Program-made: the position numbers and the translations under genes
Notes under the pieces: model-generated
Seen by the model: the letters and a program-made list of their open reading frames with translations, nothing else
What the model was told of the DNA's origin: nothing
The model's database searches: none
In this document: positions 46,956-56,800 of the stretch, piece by piece
How the letters are laid out: every line of letters begins with the position of its first letter
Position numbering within the stretch: position 1 is the stretch's first letter
Virus record (IMG/VR): IMGVR_UViG_3300027976_000007
Coordinates: 32,001-96,000 of that record
Length of the DNA: 64,000 nucleotides
Strand: one strand, 5' to 3'
Origin: a virus

Positions 46956-47198
46956 TTAAGGTTTAGGGTTTTTTATAAAATTCCCGTCACTATCAAAAAA
47001 ATCTTTACCTTTAGGTTTTGATGATGGGATATCTTCTTTATTAAAATCCTGGATTTGTTTTAAAGTATAATTCCTTAACCAAATAGGCATATTATATAGG
47101 ATTTCATAAGAGAAACCTCCCCTACCATGAAATGTTATTTCATGAAGGGTTTTAAAAAGGTTTTGCCTAAAAATTTGGAGATTTTCAATAGTCAGGCC
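46956..47198 (-). CDS. alternative-frame extension of tail assembly chaperone (GT-like)
   Basis: Open 80-codon frame GLTIENLQIFRQNLFKTLHEITFHGRGG...MPIWLRN...KPKP* starting at the T7 run. Confidence 0.6.
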   Translation of the reverse strand, partial: GLTIENLQIFRQNLFKTLHEITFHGRGGFSYEILYNMPIWLRNYTLKQIQDFNKEDIPSSKPKGKDFFDSDGNFIKNPKP

Positions 47199-47913
47199 AA
47201 AAAAAGTTGAGCCCTATAGGGAGACTCACCTCCTTTCCTTTATTAGATATATATGTTAAATTGACATCGGGTTGAGTTTGTTTTATATGTCCTCTAAAGG
47301 CTCTAGAATCCATAGCTAAAAACCTATTATCTACAAATTCCCTTATATGTTTAGGTTCAGAATTTTCTTCTACTGAAAGGATCATATGTTTAAGTCTAGT
47401 GGTCAATTCTGGGGATTCGTTTGGATTTAATTTCTTTAATCCCTCTAATTCTCTAGTTATAGCCTTTTCATCCTTCCCAGTTAATAATTTATATTTAATT
47501 TCTACACCTGTTGAAGGTAAGGTGAAAGAAAAAGAATTTAAACCTAAGGTTATTGAAGTTTCATCAAACTCTTTATTTTCCAATGTAGTCAAATCTATAA
47601 CTTGGGATTCTCCTCCTACATCAAATTCATAATTTTTACCATATCCTAAAACTCTAGATGCTATAAATAGAGCGTTTTTATCTCCTACTATAAGATCATC
47701 TACTTTAATTTTTTTATTTACAATTAAAGATTCCAAAAGCTTATCTAAAACTATTCCTTTCTCTATATAAGATTGGTTAGATAGGATATCTTCCTCTTTA
47801 GCTGTCATATATTTTATTTCAATTTTCCCTGATCTTAAAGGGTTATTTTCTTCATATATTAATCCTTTAGAAGGAAGTTCTATTTCTTCTGTAGGGAACA
47901 TTTTTTCAACCAT
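47185..47913 (-). CDS. tail assembly chaperone / baseplate hub assembly protein (gp26/gp51-like)
   Basis: ELPSKG..Y, MTAKEEDIL, DL.VGD, ends NFFWPDY; lies between tube and tape measure. Confidence 0.72.
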   Translation of the reverse strand: MVEKMFPTEEIELPSKGLIYEENNPLRSGKIEIKYMTAKEEDILSNQSYIEKGIVLDKLLESLIVNKKIKVDDLIVGDKNALFIASRVLGYGKNYEFDVGGESQVIDLTTLENKEFDETSITLGLNSFSFTLPSTGVEIKYKLLTGKDEKAITRELEGLKKLNPNESPELTTRLKHMILSVEENSEPKHIREFVDNRFLAMDSRAFRGHIKQTQPDVNLTYISNKGKEVSLPIGLNFFWPDY

Positions 47914-47932
47914 AATATTTGTTTATTTGTTA

Positions 47933-47975
47933 TAAATATAAAAATAAAAAAAGAGCTTGACAAAGCCAAACTCCT
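47933..47975 (-). promoter_or_regulatory. overlapping terminator hairpin and TTTG-N20-TATATTTA promoter
   Basis: GAGTTTGGC-TTT-GTCAAGCTC plus T7; TTTG TCAAGCTCTTTTTTTATTTT TATATTTA. Confidence 0.55.
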
Positions 47976-47997
47976 TTCTAAGGTAAAATCTTTTGAA

Positions 47998-48486
47998 TTA
48001 GAAATTCAAGACACAATAATCCATCCCAATTGATAATTTTATGTTAAGGGCTTCATTTTCAGTATCCCAATTAAAATCTCCAAAATTTGCAGATTTAATA
48101 AAGGCTCCTTTTATGATCCATTCCGACACTGTATCATTGACAGGTCCTAGTACATTTATAGTTAAATCTTTTTTATAAAAATCGGAATAACCATCTCTGC
48201 CCGTAACAGATTCGTGGTGCAATCTTACCCACTCCATAACGGATTGGGCTCCTGATGGGGTGATTGGATCAAATAACTCCAAATCAAGATCATTCCATTT
48301 TAATTTACCTTTTACTTTACGGTAAATATTAATATGGTTAAGAGTTATTTCATCTTGGGAAAAACCTAACCCACTGACCCCTTTGATGAGATATGAAGGA
48401 ACCCCGTCTACATACATTACGAATCTATTTGCTTGTTTAGGTTCCCATGCGGTGAAGAAGCTTTCGTTTGGATTTAATACTGCCAT
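47998..48486 (-). CDS. tail tube protein (gp19-like)
   Basis: EPKQANRF, KGKLKW, MEW, YKKD, EW.IKGAF; follows sheath. Confidence 0.9.
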   Translation of the reverse strand: MAVLNPNESFFTAWEPKQANRFVMYVDGVPSYLIKGVSGLGFSQDEITLNHINIYRKVKGKLKWNDLDLELFDPITPSGAQSVMEWVRLHHESVTGRDGYSDFYKKDLTINVLGPVNDTVSEWIIKGAFIKSANFGDFNWDTENEALNIKLSIGMDYCVLNF

Positions 48487-48527
48487 TTTGTTATTTTATT
48501 ATAAATATGTAAGAAATGAATTTTTAA

Positions 48528-50237
48528 TTAAGAAGGAAATTCTGCCCCTGTGGGAAGGATGTTGAAATCTAGGTAAATAAATTCTGATGTTCTTGTAGGT
48601 TGAATGTAAATAGCTCCTCTCAATTCATTTCTATCTATTACATCTGGAGTATTATTACTATCATCCATAACTACTTTAAAAGCATATAACCCTTGTCTTT
48701 GTTGTACACTTTCCATTCTTGGATTTACTTGACTTAAGAAGGTATTTCTTGTGGCCACTGTATTCTGTTCGAATACTAGAGTATCAGCTATTTGACCTAT
48801 CCAGCCTTTTAGGTCAATCAATAATCTTCTAACGTTAATTCTATCTAATGAGCTTGCTTGGGATTGTAATGTTTTATTACCAAACACTACTATTCCTCTT
48901 CCAGGAAAGGTGGCTAATGGGTTTACTTTACCTGCATATAAAGAGTTTCTATCAGAGTTTATTAATTTTCTTTCTGTTTGGATTACATTCTTTAATCCTC
49001 CTCTGCTTATTCCTGCGGGAGCAAACCAAGGTTCAGATTTTTTATCACTAGAAGCATACATACCAGGAACTAAAGTTGAGGTAGGAACCCATACATTTTG
49101 TCTTGTATCTGGGTCTACTATTTGCACCCAAGGCCAATATGAAGCACAATAAGATGAGTCTAATGTAGCTGCTGTTCCTATAGCAGCTGTTATAGTAGAA
49201 TCATATCCTTCTAGATCTAGAGGTATTATAGCGTCTCCTCTTCCCTCTATGTTAGAAATTAAAGTATTCAAGGAGGTTGCATGAGATGCAAAAGAATAAA
49301 TAAGTCCAGGGGTAGAGATTACATTAAATCTAAATTCATCTTTATTAGCTAGTAAGTTTAAAGCAATAGTATAATTGTCTCCTACTAATCCCTGTGAATC
49401 TGTGTTTGTTATATTGTGGTAATATTTTCCCGTTCCTGTAAGTATGGTTCCAGTTGCTCCTGAAAAAGAACCACTTTGAACTGTAGGCATTGATCCTGTA
49501 TATTGATCTTGAGCTATTCCATTATTATTAAAATACCCAGGAGTTGGAAGTAATACTGAATCTACTCTTATATATCTTGAAGAGTTAGGATACGAACCTG
49601 ATGATTGTAAGTATACTTCAGTTCCAGATCCTCTCAAAGTTTGGGTTTGGTCACCTATAATCCTAGAAATATAGTTGGGAGCTGTTGGATCTAAAGATAA
49701 GTTATTAAATACTTCTAATACTGATTTTGATTTAGTATTATCGTTTCCATTTCTTACTATCAGACTAAATGTACCGGATGAAGATGAAGGGCTTACTATT
49801 TCCCATCTAATATTATTGGCTGAACCACTAGCTAAGGACCCCTTGGAATTTAATGAAGAGGAACTGTTCATGATTATCCCTTCACCTAGAGTTTTTAAGG
49901 TGAAAGCTACAGTACCTAAAGAAGAGGATATACCACTTGAAGCGGGGGTAAATGAACCTGATGCTACTCTAGTTACTAATAAAGAATCTCCACCATTTTT
50001 GAAATAATTATAAGCTGAGATAGATGTAAAGAAAGTATTTTGTTGGGATCCTGTTATAAAGGTAGAACCAAAAGCAGAAACATATTCACTATATGATGTT
50101 ATTACTTTAGGTATGTTAACTTGACCTTTTACCGTAGGGCCTACTAAAGCCGCCCCAACCTGGATGGGTTGAGAAAGTATTTGGGATTGATCATTTTCTC
50201 TAGCAAGAACGCCTGGAGATATTAAAGTTTCAGCCAT
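48528..50237 (-). CDS. tail sheath protein (gp18-like)
   Basis: SPGVLARE, WFAPAG..RG, DRINVRRL, FEQN, NNTP.VID.N. Confidence 0.95.
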   Translation of the reverse strand: MAETLISPGVLARENDQSQILSQPIQVGAALVGPTVKGQVNIPKVITSYSEYVSAFGSTFITGSQQNTFFTSISAYNYFKNGGDSLLVTRVASGSFTPASSGISSSLGTVAFTLKTLGEGIIMNSSSSLNSKGSLASGSANNIRWEIVSPSSSSGTFSLIVRNGNDNTKSKSVLEVFNNLSLDPTAPNYISRIIGDQTQTLRGSGTEVYLQSSGSYPNSSRYIRVDSVLLPTPGYFNNNGIAQDQYTGSMPTVQSGSFSGATGTILTGTGKYYHNITNTDSQGLVGDNYTIALNLLANKDEFRFNVISTPGLIYSFASHATSLNTLISNIEGRGDAIIPLDLEGYDSTITAAIGTAATLDSSYCASYWPWVQIVDPDTRQNVWVPTSTLVPGMYASSDKKSEPWFAPAGISRGGLKNVIQTERKLINSDRNSLYAGKVNPLATFPGRGIVVFGNKTLQSQASSLDRINVRRLLIDLKGWIGQIADTLVFEQNTVATRNTFLSQVNPRMESVQQRQGLYAFKVVMDDSNNTPDVIDRNELRGAIYIQPTRTSEFIYLDFNILPTGAEFPS

Positions 50238-50286
50238 TTTGTTTTTTATTTAATTTTGTTATAAATATAATAAATACTGTTAAAGG

Positions 50287-50544
50287 TTAATCTAAAGGAT
50301 GAAATTCCCCTGTATCTAATGATATTCTTCCTTTACCATGCTCTTTTGTTATTTTGTCTATCAAATCCTTTTCCCTTTTCTCTAAAGAATAAAATTTTTC
50401 CTTTATTTCTTTTTTAATTTTTTTAAGGGAGAGGATTTGTAAACCTATATTTCCCATTTCATAGGTTATAGTAGATAATTCTTCTCTTAATTCTTTTATA
50501 GAAGTTTGAAGTTCTAAGCTTAAGGTTTGTTGTTTGTTTTTCAT
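50287..50544 (-). CDS. small coiled-coil protein
   Basis: 85 aa ending G.ISLDTGEF. Confidence 0.7.
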   Translation of the reverse strand: MKNKQQTLSLELQTSIKELREELSTITYEMGNIGLQILSLKKIKKEIKEKFYSLEKREKDLIDKITKEHGKGRISLDTGEFHPLD

Positions 50545-51974
50545 AATAATGATGGTGTTGTCGTCAGGTAGTATGATTCTGCTACATATAAATTATCGAA
50601 AGTAACTGCAGCGTTTCCACCTTTAAAAGAATTTTGACCTGTGATTTCTGGCCAAAAGGTTTGGGATGATAAGTCTATATTTATATTTTGGGGTGGATGG
50701 AGTAGTTGCCAAGAATCTATGTTATCCCAATATGAAAATGTTAAAATTTTATTAATCCTATCTATATTCATTCTACATCTAGGATATGTAACTATAGAAA
50801 CTGAAATATTATCTATAGAAATTAAACCTGTACTATCCCTCCATAAAACCCTGTAGTTTCTTTGATCTGTTGAAGCCGCCATTATAGAAGCAAACATGAG
50901 ATTTCCTGCGACATTTACCGTTCCTCTTAATATTAACCTAGGAATAACATCCACCTCTAAATTATTTCCATAGATATCACATTGCATGGATAGATTATCA
51001 CGTTCTGAAGATATTGTTGGATATTTTATATTATGGGTAGATGGCGATATTGATCCTGCAGTACCGCTAAAAGTTAAAACACATCGGGAACCATTATTAC
51101 TCCAACTATCTCCCGTTACTACCCCATTACCATTACTTCCATTAAAATTTTCATAGTATATTAATTTAGAATAGGTAGCAAATGAAGGTATTATGTCGGC
51201 CGTGGTTATTCCAACACTTGGTAAATTTTTTGGTACTACTTCATCTAAAAGGTTTGCTATGGAACCTGATACCGATTCTCTTTCTCCAAACCTATATAAA
51301 GATTTTAAATTTGGTAAAGAGGTATAAAGTTTTCTTGGATCTCTAATATTTCTATTATTATAAATCTCTAAAAGTTCCTGGTGTGTTAATAATTTATCCC
51401 AATAAGCCATCATTGAGATTGTAGACTTTAAACCTCCACTGGAACTCCCTAAAGCGTTGGCTGATATGTTTGCTTTAGTCAAAACTGAAACATCCCCAAA
51501 CCAACTACCATTATTTGCAGAAGCCCCCCCGAAGGATAAGGACGTTGATATTGTATAATACTCTCCATTGATCCATATTTTATATTCACTTCCTGTTGTT
51601 TGAAAAGCAACAACATAGGTAGAGCCTACATTTATTGAAGGTCCAGCAAATATTACGTTAGTAGTAGTAACAGGGTCACCCCTCCAACTAATACCAAATC
51701 TACTTTCATTATTAGTTTCATCGGCTAATCTGAATATGCCTATTATAAGTGCCCCACCAAGGCTCAAATCACTTTTTCTAGCCTGTAATATATTATATCC
51801 GTTTGTAGATTCAACCACTAATGTATTTATTTCTATAGAAAATAAAATTGTTTTTCCTCCATCTTTCACATCACCTAAAAAAGATAAACCATCACCTATA
51901 ATATATTTTCCCGTGTTACCATCTAAATTTATTTTCTTTTTGAGTTGGGTATTATGTTGTGCGTATTGGTTCAT
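50541..51974 (-). CDS. LamG/concanavalin-like beta-sandwich protein, probably virion-associated
   Basis: KIWING, ISMMAYWDKLLTHQELLEIYN motif typical of LamG folds. Confidence 0.6.
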   Translation of the reverse strand: MNQYAQHNTQLKKKINLDGNTGKYIIGDGLSFLGDVKDGGKTILFSIEINTLVVESTNGYNILQARKSDLSLGGALIIGIFRLADETNNESRFGISWRGDPVTTTNVIFAGPSINVGSTYVVAFQTTGSEYKIWINGEYYTISTSLSFGGASANNGSWFGDVSVLTKANISANALGSSSGGLKSTISMMAYWDKLLTHQELLEIYNNRNIRDPRKLYTSLPNLKSLYRFGERESVSGSIANLLDEVVPKNLPSVGITTADIIPSFATYSKLIYYENFNGSNGNGVVTGDSWSNNGSRCVLTFSGTAGSISPSTHNIKYPTISSERDNLSMQCDIYGNNLEVDVIPRLILRGTVNVAGNLMFASIMAASTDQRNYRVLWRDSTGLISIDNISVSIVTYPRCRMNIDRINKILTFSYWDNIDSWQLLHPPQNINIDLSSQTFWPEITGQNSFKGGNAAVTFDNLYVAESYYLTTTPSLL

Positions 51975-54328
51975 TATGATGGTGTCATTAATATGTAAAC
52001 AATTAATCCCTTTCCTGAATCTCCTGTACCTACAGTGTCTATATCAACTTGGAATTCATCATCAGCAGTTATGGAGGTTGCTGATAAAACTGAAGGAATA
52101 GCAGCCCCTACTGTAGTTCTAGAGTTAATATCTATTGTAGGTTTAGTTGAGAATATAGTGGTTCCATTTTTTTTTATATTCACCGTTACTTCGGCCCCTG
52201 TGGAGGCTTGTATTAATGATGCTCCCACTCCTGTTATAGTCCCAGCTAGTGGAATTCTTTTATATGAAGCTGTTGCTAAGGGGGCTAATGTGGAGACAAA
52301 ATCAGAACAAGCAAATTCAAATACTCTAGTAGCTACCCCCTTACCGTCACCACTGCCAGTGTTAATTGTTACAGGGAAGGTTGAACCATCACCCTTGGTA
52401 AAGGTGATAGTGTTAACGTTTACTGAAGCTGTGGTTAGGAGTGAACCTGTTGGGGTAGTTCCCCCTCCACCACTGCCCGTGTTAATTGTTATAGGGAAGG
52501 TGGTTCCATTTCCTTTAGTGAAAGTTATAGTGTTAGCTTTTACTGAGGCCGTGGTTACAAATGAACCAGTGTTTCTATCAGTTAATATATAAGACCATAA
52601 TAAACCTCCCTCGATATCATAAGCATCTGTTATTTTTAGTCTGTTATAGTTACCATCATCAGGGAAATACTTAACACCATCAGATTCAAACATAACATAA
52701 CCTGGACTATATTTATGGAACTCCCCAGGACTCCCTACAACACCATCACCATCTATATTCCAACGCTTCTCATTATCAGGGTCTGCTATAGGAAGTTGTA
52801 TTCCTCTATATTTATTAAAAACCGTAGATAAAACATCATCAGAGGTAAATGAATTAATAACATATTCGTTATATTCTATAACTGAAGGAGTCTCGGAATA
52901 AAATTCTCTTAAATAAGAACCTCCATTATTACTATATATTTGGAATCTAGAGTTATTTAAAAGTAACTGTCGGTTTGATGATGAGACTTCAAGGTCACTA
53001 TTTCCTATATTAAAATCTTCAAAAGATCCTGTTGAAATTGTTATAGGGAAGGTGGTTCCATTTCCTTTAGTGAAAGTTATAGTGTTGGCGGACACTGAGG
53101 CTGTGGTTAGGAGTGAACCTGTTGGGGTAGTTCCCCCTCCACCACTACCAGTGTTAATTGTTACAGGGAAGGTTGAACCATCACCCTTGGTAAAGGTGAT
53201 AGTGTTAACGTTTACTGAAGCTGTGGTTAGGAGTGAACTTGTTGAAACTTGACTGCTCGTTGAGATTTCTAAAGAAAAAGAATCCCCATTAGATTTTACA
53301 AAATTAAATATTGAGCTTGATAAAGAACTCGTAACCGAACCTGTAACCATATACACCCCAGTATTACCCCCACCCCCACCAGATATGCTAGGGAAAGGAG
53401 GGTAAGTGAAAGTTGAAAATTCTCTAGGGCCCGCTATTTCTGTTCTAGAAGGGACTGAAGTATTATTTATGTTAGGAACCGTCTCTAAAGTAAATATAGT
53501 CTTAGCTTTAGAATTAAACTTTTTAAGAGAATTTAATTGTTTTTGAGTAGTATCAGGTATTACATAACCGTAAAGTTTTAATGTAAAATTACATTTAACC
53601 GACCTTTCCCCTGATGATGAAACTTCTACCGGAGTAGAGAATGAGTCTACTGTAGCCTTAAACTTAAAACTTTCAGGATCTCCCCAATAGGAGTCTGAAG
53701 CATAATTTATGGCTTCTACTAATTTGTTTAATTGTTCTATATAATAAGTAGATATAGAGAAATCATATGTTACTGTAACATAGTCGGGTACTACTACAGC
53801 ATAATGTTGTTTTACAGGTATTCTATTATTTAATATGCTAAAATTATCATATGTGTTTTTTGGGCTATATGTTTTAGTAAATATCTGGGTATTGATGGGG
53901 CTGTTAGCATCCATCTTATTTGTAAGGTTCTTTATCTTTTCTATGTTGCTTCTTTTAAAAACTATCACGGGCATCATTAGAGCCCCATTTTTGTCTCTAT
54001 AATATCCATCTTTTTGGATTTGTTTCCATCTTTCCGAATTACCATATAGGACAGGAACTTTTATTACATTCCCGTTTTGGACTACTGTGGGTTTGATTAT
54101 GTTTTCTATGTAATAGAAAATGGCTTCATCTATTTCTTTAAAACCTAAACTTATGGGTTTTGTATTATCCTCTTTAAAGGATAATTGTTCCCCTCTATTG
54201 ATTTCTGAATCAATATCATTTGGGTTACCCTTACTTTCTCCAGTGTCAGGGTTAGTGTAAGGGGAATGTAGAGACTTGCTTATATCCTTTTGGGATTTAG
54301 GTGTAGGTTTTTTTCCTTTTTTAGCCAT
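51974..54328 (-). CDS. tail completion/terminator (gp15-like) domain fused to Thr/Gly-rich repeats
   Basis: N-terminal IDEAI..Y, KVPVLYG..ERW, PDYVTVTY; four TTASV..NTITFTKG.G.TFP.TI repeats. Confidence 0.65.
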   Translation of the reverse strand: MAKKGKKPTPKSQKDISKSLHSPYTNPDTGESKGNPNDIDSEINRGEQLSFKEDNTKPISLGFKEIDEAIFYYIENIIKPTVVQNGNVIKVPVLYGNSERWKQIQKDGYYRDKNGALMMPVIVFKRSNIEKIKNLTNKMDANSPINTQIFTKTYSPKNTYDNFSILNNRIPVKQHYAVVVPDYVTVTYDFSISTYYIEQLNKLVEAINYASDSYWGDPESFKFKATVDSFSTPVEVSSSGERSVKCNFTLKLYGYVIPDTTQKQLNSLKKFNSKAKTIFTLETVPNINNTSVPSRTEIAGPREFSTFTYPPFPSISGGGGGNTGVYMVTGSVTSSLSSSIFNFVKSNGDSFSLEISTSSQVSTSSLLTTASVNVNTITFTKGDGSTFPVTINTGSGGGGTTPTGSLLTTASVSANTITFTKGNGTTFPITISTGSFEDFNIGNSDLEVSSSNRQLLLNNSRFQIYSNNGGSYLREFYSETPSVIEYNEYVINSFTSDDVLSTVFNKYRGIQLPIADPDNEKRWNIDGDGVVGSPGEFHKYSPGYVMFESDGVKYFPDDGNYNRLKITDAYDIEGGLLWSYILTDRNTGSFVTTASVKANTITFTKGNGTTFPITINTGSGGGGTTPTGSLLTTASVNVNTITFTKGDGSTFPVTINTGSGDGKGVATRVFEFACSDFVSTLAPLATASYKRIPLAGTITGVGASLIQASTGAEVTVNIKKNGTTIFSTKPTIDINSRTTVGAAIPSVLSATSITADDEFQVDIDTVGTGDSGKGLIVYILMTPS

Positions 54329-54332
54329 TATC

Positions 54333-54887
54333 TTATATTAAATTATTAACCTTAGAAATTCCTAAACGGTTTGGAGGTACCATATGGGTAGTACATATAA
54401 CAGAAACATTATACCCAAAATCTTCTAATCCAGGGTTTATAGGATTGGGTGAATTAGGATAATCTGGATCTTTACCCATAAAAAATTGGTTAGATTCTAT
54501 CTTTGATATTTCGAAATAATTCTCTTGGTAGAGAATAATATCTCCGATTTCCGGATATATGTTAGCTCCATGGGAAGAAGTAGAATTAAAGTCTAAAGAG
54601 TTAGGTAATAAATCATCTCTGAGGATTTTAAATAAAGTATCCCAAGTAACGTCTATATTATAGTCATTAGAAGTCACATCTTGGGGTTTTCTTTCTACTA
54701 AACAATTAACTAATATAGGACCTTCATAATATTTTTCATCAGAAGCCTCCCCATATAAATTAAACTTTGTAGAATTTAATCCCAGTTTATAAAAGGCACA
54801 TTGTTGGGTTATAATATCCCCCATTAGTTCCCTATTAATTTTTCTTATGAGACTAATGTCCCTTGATGATCCAAATAAAGCACACAT
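54333..54887 (-). CDS. neck protein (gp14-like)
   Basis: NLYGEA, PEIGDII.Y...YFEI; synteny. Confidence 0.7.
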   Translation of the reverse strand: MCALFGSSRDISLIRKINRELMGDIITQQCAFYKLGLNSTKFNLYGEASDEKYYEGPILVNCLVERKPQDVTSNDYNIDVTWDTLFKILRDDLLPNSLDFNSTSSHGANIYPEIGDIILYQENYFEISKIESNQFFMGKDPDYPNSPNPINPGLEDFGYNVSVICTTHMVPPNRLGISKVNNLI

Positions 54888-54890
54888 AGG

Positions 54891-56036
54891 TTAAAATATA
54901 TATATTGGAAAGGGAACATTATTAAGTTCTTTTTGGAGAATCTCACTCTCTCTTCCTCTTCGTTCTAATAATTTATCTTTTGAAGTCTCATTTAAGAAAT
55001 CTCTTAGGCTTTCTATTAAACTAGTTTTATCAGCAGTTGCAGAAGATATTAAATCACTTTGGTTAAGTTGAACATTATCTCCTGGAATTGGGATTGAACC
55101 GTATTTCCCTCTAATATAACCTAACATTTCTTTACATAGAGCTAAAGTATATTCAAATACCCAACTCCTTCCTACTGAATTCATTTGAGAGTATATAGGA
55201 TTATTAAAAGGGACATTAGATACATTGGTTATTAAAGATGGAGAAGATACAACACTATTAGCAGCTCTTTCTGATTTTAATATGAAATGGAAGTATAATT
55301 TTTCTACACTACCATTAGGAATGGGAAATATCCTAAGGTTATTGTTCTGTATTTCGAAGGAATAATTAGATTTTCTTATAGTATCATTTAATTCTATTTG
55401 TTGTAATACTTGTAAATCATAATTTAGAGGCATTAAAACGAAAGACATTGCGGGTGATGAGTTCCCAAAACCAAATTGGCTTCTTAAACCTCCACCATGT
55501 GACCCCACTAAGGGATCATAGAATTTAAGAATTGCAGGTGGGGATGAATGGAAAATCCTTTTTATTTCTAAATCTGAAGAGGTAAAACCTTCATCAACCG
55601 CCCAGGCATTTAAATCATAAGTTTGGATTGAGCTTGTTAGGTTGATGGAACCTGTCTTCCATGTAACATTTCCCCCGGTCCCCGCCTCGGATCCATATTG
55701 TTGTGCTTCCTTTATTAAATTTCCTAAATTAGGAGTAATGATAGCCGAATTTATTGAGGATCCTGTTGATGATCCCTCTAATGATAAATAATCCTGTCTT
55801 ATTTTATAAGCATATAATTCATTACCATAAGTAGTGACTGCCTGTTCAAAAGCTGTGAAGAAATTTTTGTCTTGAAGTTCTATACTTACTATAGGAAATC
55901 CTAAACGTTGAGCACAAAAATTAGCCACTTTTACCGCGTCACTCTGAAACGTCACATCGTTATCGTAAAAACCAAAGGGAGTTGAAGAACCGGAAGTAAA
56001 TACCGGTAAACCGTCATATATTTGTATGTTAGCCAT
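54891..56036 (-). CDS. neck/adaptor protein (gp13-like)
   Basis: RLGFPIVSIEL, W..EY.LA..KE.LG.IRGKY...P.PG..V.LN. Confidence 0.78.
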   Translation of the reverse strand: MANIQIYDGLPVFTSGSSTPFGFYDNDVTFQSDAVKVANFCAQRLGFPIVSIELQDKNFFTAFEQAVTTYGNELYAYKIRQDYLSLEGSSTGSSINSAIITPNLGNLIKEAQQYGSEAGTGGNVTWKTGSINLTSSIQTYDLNAWAVDEGFTSSDLEIKRIFHSSPPAILKFYDPLVGSHGGGLRSQFGFGNSSPAMSFVLMPLNYDLQVLQQIELNDTIRKSNYSFEIQNNNLRIFPIPNGSVEKLYFHFILKSERAANSVVSSPSLITNVSNVPFNNPIYSQMNSVGRSWVFEYTLALCKEMLGYIRGKYGSIPIPGDNVQLNQSDLISSATADKTSLIESLRDFLNETSKDKLLERRGRESEILQKELNNVPFPIYIF

Positions 56037-56077
56037 GTTGAATTTTATTATAAATATGTAACTTTAAAAATTTATTA

Positions 56078-56782
56078 TTATTTTGATGGAGTTTGTTTTT
56101 CTCTTTCATCCTCATAAGCTTTAATTATATCATCTACTATAGGATCCCTATGATTATGAATTAAAGTTATGCTTTCCATATTCTTTATCTTTTTGGCGGC
56201 GGAATATATGAATCTAAATCCTGAGTCTCTTCTTGATTTTAAATCAACTTGATGGTCATCTCCGCATATCATCATTTTTGATCTAATTCCTATTCTAGTA
56301 GTAATCATTTCCATCTGTTCATGAGTAACATTTTGGGCTTCATCTACTACTATACATGAATCTAGAAAAGTGCGACCACGCATGAATGATAGAGGAACTA
56401 TTTCTACTATCCCATCAGCTATTAGTTTTTCTATTTTAGTTTTATCATATAGTAAAAACATATTTTGGTATATAGGTTGGATCCAGGGATCCATCTTTTC
56501 TCTTAGATCCCCAGGCAAGAAACCTATTTCCTCCTTTGATACTGTAGGTCGGGTGATGATTATTTTACTATATTCTTTTCTAAACAACCCATCTAATGCT
56601 ACTTGACATGCTAATAAGGTTTTACCTGATCCAGCTTTACCTGCTAATATAGTTAAAGTGTTGTTTAAGATTTTATCTTTAGCTTCCTTCTGTTCTTGGT
56701 TTAAGTTGATTTTAAATTTTATAGGGTTCTTAATAATTTTTTTGCTTTTAAAAATTTCGTCATCATGATGATTAGAGGCCAT
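56078..56782 (-). CDS. phoH: PhoH-like ATPase
   Basis: GKAGSGKT, IGFLPGDL.EK, FMRGRTF, DEAQN, GD..Q.DL. Confidence 0.95.
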   Translation of the reverse strand: MASNHHDDEIFKSKKIIKNPIKFKINLNQEQKEAKDKILNNTLTILAGKAGSGKTLLACQVALDGLFRKEYSKIIITRPTVSKEEIGFLPGDLREKMDPWIQPIYQNMFLLYDKTKIEKLIADGIVEIVPLSFMRGRTFLDSCIVVDEAQNVTHEQMEMITTRIGIRSKMMICGDDHQVDLKSRRDSGFRFIYSAAKKIKNMESITLIHNHRDPIVDDIIKAYEDEREKQTPSK

Positions 56783-56800
56783 ATATTTTTTTTATATTAT

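Noticed and set aside
44396-56056. T4 late promoters TATAAATA
   Set aside because: The matches are on the plus strand, antisense to the genes; recorded instead as a candidate minus-strand motif.
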